Below, piece after piece: positions 1 to 10,507 of a DNA stretch of 64,000 nucleotides (positions within the stretch are counted from its first letter, which is position 1; every line of letters begins with the position of its first letter). The translations under genes and the position numbers were made by a program. The notes under the pieces were generated by a model, which ran no database searches, was not told the origin of the DNA, and was given only the letters and a program-made list of their open reading frames with translations. The stretch is taken from NCBI GenBank assembly GCA_963701095.1, contig OY969564.1, forward strand, positions 864,001 through 928,000, in the 5' to 3' direction. The stretch is from an uncultured Methanoregulaceae archaeon (lineage in GTDB: Archaea; Halobacteriota; Methanomicrobia; Methanomicrobiales; Methanospirillaceae).

Positions 1-1
1 C

Positions 2-2182
2 ATCGTTCTTGCCGATACAGGATTCAAAATACGGGTAGTAAACGATGCCTATGTCGCGCTCACCGGTATTGAAAAAAGCCGGCTTTTGGCCATGTCGTTA
101 CGCGATTTCAGGATTATCGAACAAACCGGTGAAGGATTAAAGAAAGTCATCGAGACTGGGACCCGTTCTGCGGGCGAAGTCATGGTTGAGTTTCCCCGAG
201 GTATCCGCCAGCTCCGGCAGTACGGTATCCCTATTCCCGGCGCAAAAGGTGCGATCGAAAGTATCCTTATTGTCTATATCGACATCACCGATGAAAGAAA
301 GGAAATGGAGGAAGTGCTTGCGGCACGACGCATGTCCGAAACGATGGTCCAGCAGAACCCGATCCCCATCCTGATGGCCGATCGTTCATTTAAGATCATT
401 ACGGCAAACCCCGCATACGAGAAAATGAGCGGGTACCAGTTGGACCGGATTAATGGGATGAACCTGCGTGATATAAAAATCCGCGAACAGAAAGGCGAAG
501 GTGCTGGCGTTGCGATCAAGGAAAAACGCCGTGCATTCGGCGAAGTCACCGTGGATCTTCCCAGCGGCACAAAGATCCTTGAACAATATGCGATGCCACT
601 TCTGGATAAATCAAACGAGATCGAACATCTCCTTCTGGTTTATAACGACGTGACTGCACAACGTGCAAGCCAGCAGGATCTTGCAAAGAAGATGGAGGAA
701 GTTGCTGGCCTCAAGAAGCGGTCCGATATTATTGTTATGCAGAACCCGATGCCCATCATGCTCATGGATACATCCTTCAAGATCATTATGGCAAACGAGG
801 CGTACACGAGCCTTACCGGCCTCTCCAAGGAAAAACTGCATGGCATGAACGCCCGGGAGTTCAAGATCCTTTCCCAGACAGGAGAAGGACTTAAAAAAGT
901 AATAACCGAAAAAAGACGGAGTTTCGGCGAGATCACCATCGAATTCCCGACCGGCGTGCATATTCTGGAACAGTTCGGTATTCCCATGCTGGATGCCCAG
1001 CAGAACATCTCGACCATCCTCTGCGTCTACGTCGATGTTACGGCAAGGCGTGAACAGGAGAAAAAGATCCAGGAGATGATGGAAGAGGCAAAAGCAAATG
1101 CAGAACTGCTTTCTGCAAGTGCTGTCGAGCTCCAGACGGGTCTTGCAAAGATAGCAGCGGGAGATCTTACATGCCAGCTCAGCATTGACGATGCAGATCC
1201 ACTGTTACCCCTCAAAAAGGATTACAACACTTCTGTTAAGGCAATCCATGCGGTTATTGCTGAACTTACACACTCTATCGCAAAACTGGACGTAACCATC
1301 AAGGATACCATCAGGAGTACCGATGATATCGCAAAAGCGACCGAGCAGGTGGCCATCTCGTCACAGAAAGCAACAGATAACGCTAAAATCCAGATGGTCA
1401 GTGTCGAGAAGATATCCGGCGTAATATCCGATGTCTCGGCCTCGATTGAGGAGATAGCGAGCACGTCTCATGATGTGATGGTCCATGCCGAAAAAGCAGC
1501 CAGTGAAGGCGCCCGGGCCGCTGGTGTCGGCAAGACAGCGACAGACAAAATGCAGGCTGTTGAGAAGATCTCCCTGCAGAGTGTGAATGAGATCACAGCG
1601 TTAAACGAGCAGATGCGCCAGATCTCAAAAATTGTCAATCTGATCACCGATATTGCAAACCAGACCAACCTTCTTGCCCTGAATGCAGCGATCGAGGCAG
1701 CTCGCGCCGGCGAACACGGGCGAGGATTTGCGGTAGTCGCCGGGGAGGTAAAAAACCTTGCCGGTGAATCCAAGAAAGCGAGCAGCCAGATCGAAACCCT
1801 CATAAAATCCATCCAGACAAAAAGCGAAAACACGGCCTCGTCTATCAAGAACTCTTTTGAAGAGATTAAAGGCGGTATCGAAAGCGTCAATATGACTGTC
1901 GAGTCGCTCACAAGGATCGTTTCTGAGGCAAACGTGGTTTCCCAGGGCATCACCGAGATAACAAAAGCAACTGAAAGCCAGGCACAGGCGACCACGAACC
2001 TGATGGCCGATGTCGAATCAGTCAGAACCGCCACCAAGAACAACCAGCAGCGTATGGAAGATATGGCGGCGCTTGCTGAGGAAACCAGTGCATCGACAGA
2101 AGAGATTGCCAGTGCCTCGGCAGAACTCTCGGCCATGGCAGAACGCTGCAGCGGAATGATGAAGGAGTTCCATACCGAATGA
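2..2182 (+). CDS. Soluble methyl-accepting chemotaxis protein with tandem PAS domains (5' end outside window)
   Basis: Frame open from position 2; repeated QNP(I/M)PI..D..FKII.AN.AY PAS units; MCP hairpin signature [30 protein letters not shown]; no TM segment in the visible part. Confidence 0.93.
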   Translation: MVLADTGFKIRVVNDAYVALTGIEKSRLLAMSLRDFRIIEQTGEGLKKVIETGTRSAGEVMVEFPRGIRQLRQYGIPIPGAKGAIESILIVYIDITDERKEMEEVLAARRMSETMVQQNPIPILMADRSFKIITANPAYEKMSGYQLDRINGMNLRDIKIREQKGEGAGVAIKEKRRAFGEVTVDLPSGTKILEQYAMPLLDKSNEIEHLLLVYNDVTAQRASQQDLAKKMEEVAGLKKRSDIIVMQNPMPIMLMDTSFKIIMANEAYTSLTGLSKEKLHGMNAREFKILSQTGEGLKKVITEKRRSFGEITIEFPTGVHILEQFGIPMLDAQQNISTILCVYVDVTARREQEKKIQEMMEEAKANAELLSASAVELQTGLAKIAAGDLTCQLSIDDADPLLPLKKDYNTSVKAIHAVIAELTHSIAKLDVTIKDTIRSTDDIAKATEQVAISSQKATDNAKIQMVSVEKISGVISDVSASIEEIASTSHDVMVHAEKAASEGARAAGVGKTATDKMQAVEKISLQSVNEITALNEQMRQISKIVNLITDIANQTNLLALNAAIEAARAGEHGRGFAVVAGEVKNLAGESKKASSQIETLIKSIQTKSENTASSIKNSFEEIKGGIESVNMTVESLTRIVSEANVVSQGITEITKATESQAQATTNLMADVESVRTATKNNQQRMEDMAALAEETSASTEEIASASAELSAMAERCSGMMKEFHTE

Positions 2183-2255
2183 AAGTGAAGCTTGCCAAAA
2201 GAATACTATTTGTACTTTTTCTATACCAATGCGCCCCTGAGCGCAGGAGTGTTCC

Positions 2256-3065
2256 ATGACTATAACGAAGGATGACGGTTTTTTGGCCCTGAAACGATTT
2301 ATCGAACAGACCCTTAAAATCCAGTGTTCCAACTATAAAGAAGACTATATCAAACGCCGGCTGCTTTCCCGGATGCGTTCAACTGGTACCACGACATATG
2401 AAGAGTATTTAAAATACCTCCGCGAACACACCCCGGAACTCGAGAACCTGAGAAATGCACTCACTATAAACGTAACGGAATTTTTCCGGGATGCAGACGT
2501 GTACGATATGGTCAGAAAAGAAATCCTTCCTGCACTTTTTAAAGGACGAAAAACAATCCGTATCTGGTGTGCAGGCTGTTCAACCGGGGAAGAGCCCTAT
2601 TCCCTTGCTATGATTCTTTCAGATATCATGGCCGCTGACAAGACTGTTTCCGGCCAGATCTTTGCCACCGATATCGATGAAGTCGTCTTAAAAAAAGCAA
2701 AAGAAGGGATCTATTCGGAAAAATCGATGGGAAAACTCGCCGAATCCCAAATCCACCGGCATTTCACCAAGCTGCCTGACGGGACGTTCCAGGCCAAACC
2801 ACAGCTCCAGGCACTTATCCGGTTCCGTCCCCACGACCTCATGAGCGGCCAGCCGATTTCCCGGTTTCTCGACATGATCAGCTGCCGAAACGTGACCATC
2901 TACTTTACCGAGAAGCAAAAAGACGAGCTTGCACGGACGTTCCATAATGCACTGGTTCCCGGAGGGTACTATGTGATGGGTAAAACCGAATACCTCGGGC
3001 GCGAAGTTGAAGGGCTTTATACCCCGGTAAATTCCATCCTGAAGGTCTATAAAAGAAAAGAATAA
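2256..3065 (+). CDS. cheR: Chemotaxis protein-glutamate methyltransferase CheR
   Basis: LTINVTEFFRD, RIWCAGCSTGEEPYSLAM, ATDID, CRNVTIYF motifs; directly downstream of the MCP. Confidence 0.95.
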   Translation: MTITKDDGFLALKRFIEQTLKIQCSNYKEDYIKRRLLSRMRSTGTTTYEEYLKYLREHTPELENLRNALTINVTEFFRDADVYDMVRKEILPALFKGRKTIRIWCAGCSTGEEPYSLAMILSDIMAADKTVSGQIFATDIDEVVLKKAKEGIYSEKSMGKLAESQIHRHFTKLPDGTFQAKPQLQALIRFRPHDLMSGQPISRFLDMISCRNVTIYFTEKQKDELARTFHNALVPGGYYVMGKTEYLGREVEGLYTPVNSILKVYKRKE

Positions 3066-3076
3066 CTCTTTTTTGG

Positions 3077-3337
3077 TTAATGTTGCTGGCGATCGTCCTG
3101 TGCGAGTTTAGATTCCTTCCCGATATTTTTTGTCAGATCTCTCTGCAGGGCCTTTCGTGACGTCTGGAGTTTTATCTGGTTATAGACAGTAACAAAGTTA
3201 ACGCCTATAACAATTATGACAAGCATCAGGCTTACCCAGAGCATGATACCATTCACGGTAAGAAATGCGGACCAGAGAAGGACGACAAAAGAGATCAGGT
3301 AAAAAATGACCCATGTCCTGATGCCCGGAATCTCCAT
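3077..3337 (-). CDS. Small membrane protein (2 TM)
   Basis: Two hydrophobic helices plus charged tail; ATG at 3337 (MEIPGIRTW) preferred over 3358. Confidence 0.6.
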   Translation of the reverse strand: MEIPGIRTWVIFYLISFVVLLWSAFLTVNGIMLWVSLMLVIIVIGVNFVTVYNQIKLQTSRKALQRDLTKNIGKESKLAQDDRQQH

Positions 3338-3483
3338 AACAAGGAATATAGATCCCAAGAATACTAATATATTCCCGCCTGTTTTCCGGAGGAGGTTGCA
3401 AAAGTCGGACTCTCTTCACGGACAATCTTTGCAATGGCATAAAACATGACAATTTTTTATAGAAAACGTAACCAGTAGTACAT

Positions 3484-4104
3484 GTGGATAAAGGGGATAT
3501 TTACACACTCATTGGCGGATTTGTCGTAATCCTGGTCGTTGCCGTTATTGCAAACCATGGTTTGATATCCCCCAGCAGTCCGACGACGAATGTACCCACT
3601 GTTTCCGTCACGCAAGTGCCCGTTCCATCGAGCGTTGTTCAGACGCCGACGGTACCCCCGACCTTACAATTACCGGTACCTTACCAGATTATCCTGACAA
3701 CCAACCCGTTTTCCTATCCGGTGATACATCTACCTGATCATATGGAAACCTACGGGGTCTCTAACACCCCCCGGGGAAATGTGAATATACCTTTTGCGTA
3801 TGTCGAAGATTCACGGGGGGGTCTTACGACGATCTTTAAAGTCCCCTACGCCGTCTGGGCTTTGAATATCAGCGTCACGGCAAACACCCACCCTCAGTAT
3901 GCAACGTTCGACATGGTACTCTGCGATGCGAAGACCGGATCTATCATTACCGGTTCTGAAATCCTCAACGGCGGGACAATGTATAAGATTGTCCGTACCT
4001 CAGGTTCGGTGTATATGATAATCGGTGTCAATTACGTCGATGATTACCGAATCACGCTGGAAACACCAATCTCATACTTTGAAAATGCCAGCTCCCAGAC
4101 ATAA
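3484..4104 (+). CDS. Membrane-anchored/secreted hypothetical protein with Pro/Thr-rich linker
   Basis: N-terminal hydrophobic helix, P/T/V-rich linker, beta-rich C-terminal domain. Confidence 0.7.
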   Translation: MDKGDIYTLIGGFVVILVVAVIANHGLISPSSPTTNVPTVSVTQVPVPSSVVQTPTVPPTLQLPVPYQIILTTNPFSYPVIHLPDHMETYGVSNTPRGNVNIPFAYVEDSRGGLTTIFKVPYAVWALNISVTANTHPQYATFDMVLCDAKTGSIITGSEILNGGTMYKIVRTSGSVYMIIGVNYVDDYRITLETPISYFENASSQT

Positions 4105-4142
4105 CCAGTTAAAGAGTGATAACGACGGGCAGACTTCCTTAA

Positions 4143-4331
4143 TTACCCGATCTTTTCCACGATCACCCTGACGCGGTCGCCGGTTTTGAACGAGTGGCCT
4201 TTGGGGACATCGATATTGAACCAGAGGACACCCGGGTTATCCTGGGTTGGATCCTGGGACATCAGGCAATCCTTCTCTTCGTTGATATTGGCAACAAAAT
4301 CAATAGACGACTCGAACTCAATTTTTGTCAT
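4143..4331 (-). CDS. Small hypothetical protein (possible small beta-barrel)
   Basis: 62 aa ATG-started ORF ending FKTGDRVRVIVEKIG; AT-rich TATA-like sequence immediately upstream. Confidence 0.6.
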   Translation of the reverse strand: MTKIEFESSIDFVANINEEKDCLMSQDPTQDNPGVLWFNIDVPKGHSFKTGDRVRVIVEKIG

Positions 4332-4388
4332 AATAAATGTATTTTAAGCGCAGTATTTAGTTATAATTGCTGGCCAAATTAGACTCTG

Positions 4389-4586
4389 ATGTATTCCGTT
4401 AAGCCGTACCTTAACACGCTAAAACTGGCAAAAAGAAGCCAGCAGACGATTACCTATTACCATTCTATCCTGAAAACGTATGCCGCATTTCTCGGAATAT
4501 CCCCGGACTACCTGCGTACCCGTCTCGATGCCACAAATCTCATCGACTATCCGGCATCACTTTACGGAGGAGTGAACGGGGAGTAA
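4389..4586 (+). pseudogene. Truncated tyrosine recombinase/integrase N-terminal (core-binding) fragment
   Basis: YLNTLKLAKRSQQTITYYHSILKTYAAFL resembles the YL.......S..T...Y...L..F..FL pattern of integrase N-terminal domains; no catalytic domain follows. Confidence 0.5.
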
Positions 4587-4725
4587 GGACCTATCCCGAT
4601 ATACGAACCCGAAGCTTGGACCTAATTAATATTCAAAAGATGTTTATCTTTGATATAATTATATTGTGAACAAATATTTATATATCTGTAATATATTATA
4701 TTTAGATCTGGGCTAGATGATCTGA

Positions 4726-5346
4726 ATGAGCACCATCCTCGTTGTTGACGATAATATCTATGTCGTTGACGTTCTTTTAAAAATGCTTAAACACGGGGGA
4801 TACCTTGCCTTTGGTACATATAGCGGAGAAGAATGCCAGACCGTCCTAAAAAATATAACGCCGGATCTAATCCTGCTCGATATTATGATGGAACCGATGG
4901 ATGGATGGAAGACGCTGGAAAAGATCAAAGGAGGATCAACTACAGCTCAAATTCCGGTAATTATGCTTACATCAAAAAATGTGACACCAGCCGAAGTGGA
5001 GAATTATGGTAAATACATCGAAGATTATGTTTTAAAACCTGTCACAAACATTGAGCTTTATAATGTGATTGAGCATGTGTTCCAGCGCCGGCAGATTATC
5101 AAGGCCGATGTAGGTCGGGCCGTGCAGCGAGGGATTTATCCTGACGTTATCGATGAATATGCCCATCTTTCAAGAAGCATCGATATCAACAGTCGATTCT
5201 TGAATATTTTCGAAACCGGGTATATTCTCGATGAGTCGAGCATATACAGTGACAAATTAGGCCAAGCGCTGGAAAAATTGGACGCTATCATCAAGGTTCA
5301 GAAAACGCGCCTCCAGCAGATCCAAGAAGAAATTCAAGCAGCGTAA
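4726..5346 (+). CDS. Response regulator (REC plus uncharacterised helical C-terminal domain), copy 1
   Basis: ILVVDD, LLDIMMEPMDG (phospho-Asp), MLTS, VLKP receiver motifs. Confidence 0.9.
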   Translation: MSTILVVDDNIYVVDVLLKMLKHGGYLAFGTYSGEECQTVLKNITPDLILLDIMMEPMDGWKTLEKIKGGSTTAQIPVIMLTSKNVTPAEVENYGKYIEDYVLKPVTNIELYNVIEHVFQRRQIIKADVGRAVQRGIYPDVIDEYAHLSRSIDINSRFLNIFETGYILDESSIYSDKLGQALEKLDAIIKVQKTRLQQIQEEIQAA

Positions 5347-5598
5347 CGGGCTTCTCTTTCATATTATAACAAGACTTAAAAAAATCGTTTATACTACGCT
5401 ATTAGAAGAAATTCTATGAAAGCATCTGTTCTTCAACAAGACGTTATGATCCTGAAAAAGTGCTGGCGGAAATCAATGCGAAACCGAAGGGGAAATCCTG
5501 GTTACATTCAACTGATATTTTTTGACTTTACATTCATTTGATTGGCATATATTTATATATAAATAAAATATTCATTTGGAATTTGATGGATGATCCAA

Positions 5599-6222
5599 AT
5601 GAAAACTATTCTCGTTGTGGACGATAATCTCGATGTCGTTGAAGTCTTTATGGACATGCTCAAAGAAGGAGGTTATCATTCCCTGGTAGCGTTTAGCGGT
5701 GAAGAATGCCTTGATATTTTAAAAAAGGATACGCCGGATCTTATCATCCTCGATATTATGATGGAACCGATGGATGGATGGGAGACACTGGAAAAGATCA
5801 AATCAGATGTGATATCGGTACGTATTCCCGTTCTTATGCTTACATCGAAACAAGTGATGCCGGCCGAGATGAAAAAGTACGGCAACTATATCGAAGATTA
5901 TGTCCTGAAACCTGTTACCAACTACGAGCTTTATGACGTGATTGAGCATGTGTTCCGTCGCCAGCAGCAGATTCGTTCCGAGGTGGATCGGGCTCGACAG
6001 AGCGGGATTGATTTTGGCATCATCACTGAATATGCACAACTTTCAAGAAGTATTGATATCAACAATCGATTCTTGCATATTTTCAAAACAATGAATGATC
6101 TTAATAATTCGTTCAAAGATGCCAGTGAAAACATCGCTGAAACGCTGGAGAAATTGGGTACTACTATCAAGGTTCAGAGGATTCGCCTCCAGCAGATCCA
6201 GGAAGAAATTAAAGTAGCATAA
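5599..6222 (+). CDS. Response regulator, tandem paralog, copy 2
   Basis: Same receiver motifs and C-terminal EYA.LSRSIDIN.RFL.IF...IKVQ..RLQQIQEEI; start 5599 chosen by alignment with copy 1 (gatgatc..aATG). Confidence 0.9.
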   Translation: MKTILVVDDNLDVVEVFMDMLKEGGYHSLVAFSGEECLDILKKDTPDLIILDIMMEPMDGWETLEKIKSDVISVRIPVLMLTSKQVMPAEMKKYGNYIEDYVLKPVTNYELYDVIEHVFRRQQQIRSEVDRARQSGIDFGIITEYAQLSRSIDINNRFLHIFKTMNDLNNSFKDASENIAETLEKLGTTIKVQRIRLQQIQEEIKVA

Positions 6223-6232
6223 CCAGGTTATT

Positions 6233-7045
6233 GTGAGAAATTCCTTGAAAGTTTCTGTGCTCTGCCATAGCATTTGCATTTTCCTTACGATCGTCTCAAT
6301 TACGATTGCAGGATGTGTTTCAAATGAAAACTCACCAACAGCTCTTCTACCCAATACGTCCATTGTTCATGTGACGAACACATCTAAACCAATAACGGAG
6401 GTGACCATGAACCCAGCCTTATCAAACGCACCTCCGTTTATCACGATAGATCCCATCGGGAACCATACGGTTGGGGATGTATTCTTTATTAATGGAACAA
6501 CGAATTTCCCGGCTTTTAATGGGTCTCTTGATCTTGACATCTCAACTGCTAATTTAAATCCGGGTGGTTGGGGTCCAACGTACCGTTCAAAGGTGTCTAT
6601 TCAACCCGGAGAAAATGGGGTTAATACATGGTCATGTAATGCTACCGTGGGTCCAGGGTGGAGTGTGTATCCTCCTTCCAGAACACCGGAATCTATTTCT
6701 GAAAGTGTTTCAGAGAGTGTAGGGATAGGTCAGAATGAAGTCCTGGTAGACGTGGTATCATCAGACACAATAGCCTCACAAACTTTTTTCCTCTTTCCTG
6801 AAGAACCGAATTCTACCCCGTTTATCACAATAGAAACTATCTGAAATAAGACATTTTTTGAGCCATTTATAATCAGCGGAACAACGAATTTGCCAGTTTC
6901 TGATAATCAAAGTCTCCTATTAAGACCAGGTCACCCATGGTCCCGGCCGGGGCCTGAACCGATTTGGGATGGGTATAACAAGTATGAAGGGCCTCTCGTC
7001 AGTATTCGCAGCGATTTTTGTTACAAGATACTGGTACAAGAATAA
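6233..7045 (+). pseudogene. Secreted/lipoprotein-like surface protein with two 'ITIDPI...GTTN' repeats, interrupted by an in-frame TGA at 6842-6844
   Basis: IAGC lipobox-like signal; repeat 1 PFITIDPIGNHTVGDVFFINGTTNFP; repeat 2 PFITIETI*NKTFFEPFIISGTTNLP continues in frame to TAA 7043-7045. Confidence 0.6.
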
Positions 7046-7069
7046 AAGAAGGCGGGGATACCAAAAAAA

Positions 7070-7321
7070 CTACATGGCACGGGTCGTGACCATCCACGTC
7101 GTGCTGTTCGAATAACTCCATCTGATGATGGATAGTTCTTTGCACATATCGGCAAGAATTGCCATATTGGTTCCTACTTCCTTTGGGGACAAGCCCAGAT
7201 CTTTTGCTATGTATTTGGACTTGAAGTAATGTTTACCTTTGTCCATGCCTGTTTGAAGATAGGAAACAATTTTGTGCTGGGTTTCGTTGTATTTTTCACG
7301 TATGTTTTTACCTGGGGACAT
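7070..7321 (-). CDS. Small archaeal winged-HTH protein
   Basis: YFKSKYIAKDLGLSPKEVGTNM HTH-like segment and WS.S.STTW wing. Confidence 0.8.
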   Translation of the reverse strand: MSPGKNIREKYNETQHKIVSYLQTGMDKGKHYFKSKYIAKDLGLSPKEVGTNMAILADMCKELSIIRWSYSNSTTWMVTTRAM

Positions 7322-7521
7322 GTCTCGCCTCAGTATTAGAAAATCATATGGATCAAGATGTATTTATAAATATCTAATAGTACCAGTAAGATTAATCCGT
7401 TTTTTGGGCAATAGTGACGCAAATAAGACACCGAAAATATTTTAGTCAGTTAAATTTCATGCTGACCTGTTTCCGGCTGTTATTTCCAGTATTTTCATGC
7501 CAATAAAGGAATGAGGGAATA

Positions 7522-9372
7522 TCACTGCTGTACTGAAGCCTCGCCAATCTTCTGGATTAACGCCTCAAGAACGACGCTTCGCATCCCTTCCACAAACTTG
7601 ATACTGCCCACAACAAGATGTCCGCCGCCGGAGATGCCACCACCGGGGATCTCGTTGTGCAACTCACGGACCATGCGGGGGATATTCATATGCACGCCCC
7701 GGGAACGAAGTACTGCAAAGTCCGGACCAAAACCTATGGTAACAACCGGTTTTCCTGCATTCTGCTTGCAGAGACGGTCATGGACCTCCCCTGATGTTTT
7801 CCCGGGAGGCGGGAACGTAAACTTGTGGGCGTGGATCTCCACATCGATCAGGAAGAGTTTTGCCTCGTTTGGAAGGACACGGGGAACGACATGGGGCATA
7901 CAGGCATTCATCTGGTCTTCGATCATTGCATTTGCACCATCTACCAGGAGGCCCACCAGTTTCTGATGGCGTTCATGGTTCCCGACAAGGTCAAGGATAT
8001 CTTTGACAATCTCACGGCCATCGTTGAAACGGAGCCAGAACTGTTCATAGTCAAGGGCAAGGGCTATGTCCTTGCATGCCTGCTCGGAATAGTGGTCACT
8101 GGCAAGTGCGAGATAAGAGCCCCGTTCAGGTGCTTCGCTCCGGTCACCAACACCGGCAACCGCCGGCAGATGCCGGATGAGGGATTCGACCCGGGGATTG
8201 ATCAGCCGAGCAACTTCGGTGCCGAGCATCCCGGCAGTAACCCCGAAATCGCCGCCTACGTGGTAGGGGTTTACATGCCCTACCAGGTATTTGTCGATGG
8301 TGGCGTCCGGGTGGTGGTGATCGATGACGACAAAGGGAATATCGTAGACGCTTGCAATCTTATACGAGGCCTCGTCCTCTTCGGTCGAACCGTTGTCGGT
8401 CAGAATCACCAGAGGCATCTTCTGGCCGAACCGGGCATGGTCCTTGAGTGCGAAATCCAGGTCCCGGGTGATATCTTCAATCTCGTAAAACGGTGCTTTC
8501 GACGGAGCACGCTTAAAGAGATAATAATCTGCGTCAAAATCACCTCCCGATTCGCGGATAAGCGAGACAACTGCCTGTTCAATAGCAACCGCCGAGCAGA
8601 TTCCGTCAGCGTCGGCATGGTGACGGAGAATGATGGGTTGTGCAGTAAAAACCGCTTTCCTGATGATCTTTGCGACCTTGCGCATCTCGGGCATCAGGTT
8701 GTCGAGGACATCGCTTTTCACCATCGGCCTGATGTTCTCGGGTTCAGCACGTGCATCGAGCGCTTTTTCTATCCGTGCCCTGACAATCTCCTCCTCAGCT
8801 CCAGCAAGGGCCGTGACTGCATCGGCTTCGATCTGGAGCTGGTTGTTGCGCATCATGACTTCGCCAATGACTTTGACGATCATGTTGAGTTCAACTTCAG
8901 GAAATGCCCGGACACCGGCTTCCACGAACGCAGCGACATTCTGGGTCCCTGATTCGTCGACAATAGTAAAGATGGTCGGACCGCTGGTCTGCTTGATCTG
9001 GGCGACTTCTCCTTCAATAGCTACCGTTTTTCCCTGTTTCGCCGCGAGATCAGCAATCCTGACCGTGGTGGATGTACGCTCGACCTGCTGAACCTGGTAG
9101 ACTTGGATGAGCTGCTCTTCGAGATCGATGTTCCCGTTAGGCCGTATCTGCCTGACCCGCACAAGGACATTGTCTTTTTCTTTATGATCGGCCTTGACAC
9201 TTGTTTTGTGCACAAGTCCTTTTATCCGGTCGTTTAACTGGACAAACATCCCGAATGTAGCAAACCCCTGGACTTTTCCAAGGTAGGTTTTTCCTTCCTC
9301 TATATCGGACAGGTCGCATCCTGCAGACAGCCGGTAAATCATAGTATCTTCTTGCATCTTCTCACTCCACAC
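7522..9372 (-). CDS. Archaeal RecJ-like DHH phosphoesterase with S1 and OB-fold domains (HAN-like nuclease)
   Basis: S1 (GKVQGFATFGMFV), OB (QIKQTSGPTIF), HHADADG, DNGS, IDHHH, DHHA1 GGGH motifs. Confidence 0.9.
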   Translation of the reverse strand: MWSEKMQEDTMIYRLSAGCDLSDIEEGKTYLGKVQGFATFGMFVQLNDRIKGLVHKTSVKADHKEKDNVLVRVRQIRPNGNIDLEEQLIQVYQVQQVERTSTTVRIADLAAKQGKTVAIEGEVAQIKQTSGPTIFTIVDESGTQNVAAFVEAGVRAFPEVELNMIVKVIGEVMMRNNQLQIEADAVTALAGAEEEIVRARIEKALDARAEPENIRPMVKSDVLDNLMPEMRKVAKIIRKAVFTAQPIILRHHADADGICSAVAIEQAVVSLIRESGGDFDADYYLFKRAPSKAPFYEIEDITRDLDFALKDHARFGQKMPLVILTDNGSTEEDEASYKIASVYDIPFVVIDHHHPDATIDKYLVGHVNPYHVGGDFGVTAGMLGTEVARLINPRVESLIRHLPAVAGVGDRSEAPERGSYLALASDHYSEQACKDIALALDYEQFWLRFNDGREIVKDILDLVGNHERHQKLVGLLVDGANAMIEDQMNACMPHVVPRVLPNEAKLFLIDVEIHAHKFTFPPPGKTSGEVHDRLCKQNAGKPVVTIGFGPDFAVLRSRGVHMNIPRMVRELHNEIPGGGISGGGHLVVGSIKFVEGMRSVVLEALIQKIGEASVQQ

Positions 9373-9570
9373 GCGATTGCGAAACGAAACGATATTGTAT
9401 GCGGCTTATGATCGTATTTTCTATCGTTCAACGTTATCCGGCACGAAACATACATGCCAGCGTGTACAAAGAATAGTCACCGGAGGATTATGTTAGTTGT
9501 CATGCCCGCAAAAAAGATGTCGAGATGATCTAAGAAAAACAATTCTGAACTTATTGTGCTGTTGGCCGGA

Positions 9571-10507
9571 TCATTCCCGGTAGGTAATCTCCAGCATGAA
9601 CAGGTCATCCGGAATGACTATGGTTCCGGAAAATGCGGTTTTTGCGTCCTGTAAATGACTGGCGGTATCGGTATACCGGGAGCTGATATGAGTCAGGGCT
9701 AGTGTCCGGGCATGAGCCGCTTCTGCTGCCTGGCCGGCCTGCAAAGCGGTCGCATGGTAAAATTCTGTTGCCCGTTTTTTCTCGCTCTCATCATAGGTTG
9801 CATCATGGATGAGCAGATCGGCATCTTTAGCATAGCTGAGGAGCGCCGGGATTACCGGCCGTGTGTCACCGGTATACACAATCTTCCGGCCTGGACGAGG
9901 TGCCCCCATCACATCTGTCGGTTGCACTTCCACGTCCTGCCCGTCTTTTTTTACCCGGATCGTTTCGCCCCTCTGGAGCCGGCCAAAGAGAGGGCCGGGA
10001 GGGATACCCAGGTCTATTGCATGTTCCCGGTCAAACCGTCCCGGCCGGGTCTTCTTCCAGAACGTACCCGAGTGCCGGCAGACCATGGCTTACCGCAAAT
10101 GCGGTTATGGTATACCCGTCAAAACGGACCCACGACCCTTCAGTAAGCTCCACCGAATCAAGGGTAAACTTGAGATTGAACCGGGCGATCTTTTTTACGA
10201 TCTCAACAAAATCGTGGACCCATGTGGGGCCATAGATAACGAGAGGTTCCGTGCGGCCGTTAAAAGACATGGTCTGGACCAGACCGAAAATCCCCAGAAA
10301 ATGATCCGCATGCCAGTGAGAAACAAAAATGGCATCGACGGTAAAACCGCACCGTGACCGCATCATCTGCTGTTGTGCGCCTTCCCCGCAGTCTAACAGG
10401 ATGGTATCAGTTCCCCGCCGGATCATGATACAGGGAGGGTTTCGCACCGGAGTCGGAAGCGCTCCTGCAGTCCCGAGGAAATAGACCTGAAGTGTTTCGC
10501 CGCTCAT
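9571..10507 (-). CDS. rnz: Ribonuclease Z (1-base frameshift at about 10048, probably sequencing error)
   Basis: FLGT, DCGEG, HWHADH, exosite GIPPGP, YTGDTRP, HDATY, THISSRY; adding one base to the G-run at 10047-10049 restores EEDPRPGRFD. Confidence 0.92.

Noticed and set aside
6842..6844. Selenocysteine read-through of the in-frame TGA
   Set aside because: The homologous residue is Gly, not Cys, and no SECIS was recognised; a point change is simpler.
7825..8952. Long antisense ORFs (also 10648-11511, 34052-34954, 48360-49196, 56540-57712)
   Set aside because: They are shadows of well-supported genes on the opposite strand and show no motifs.
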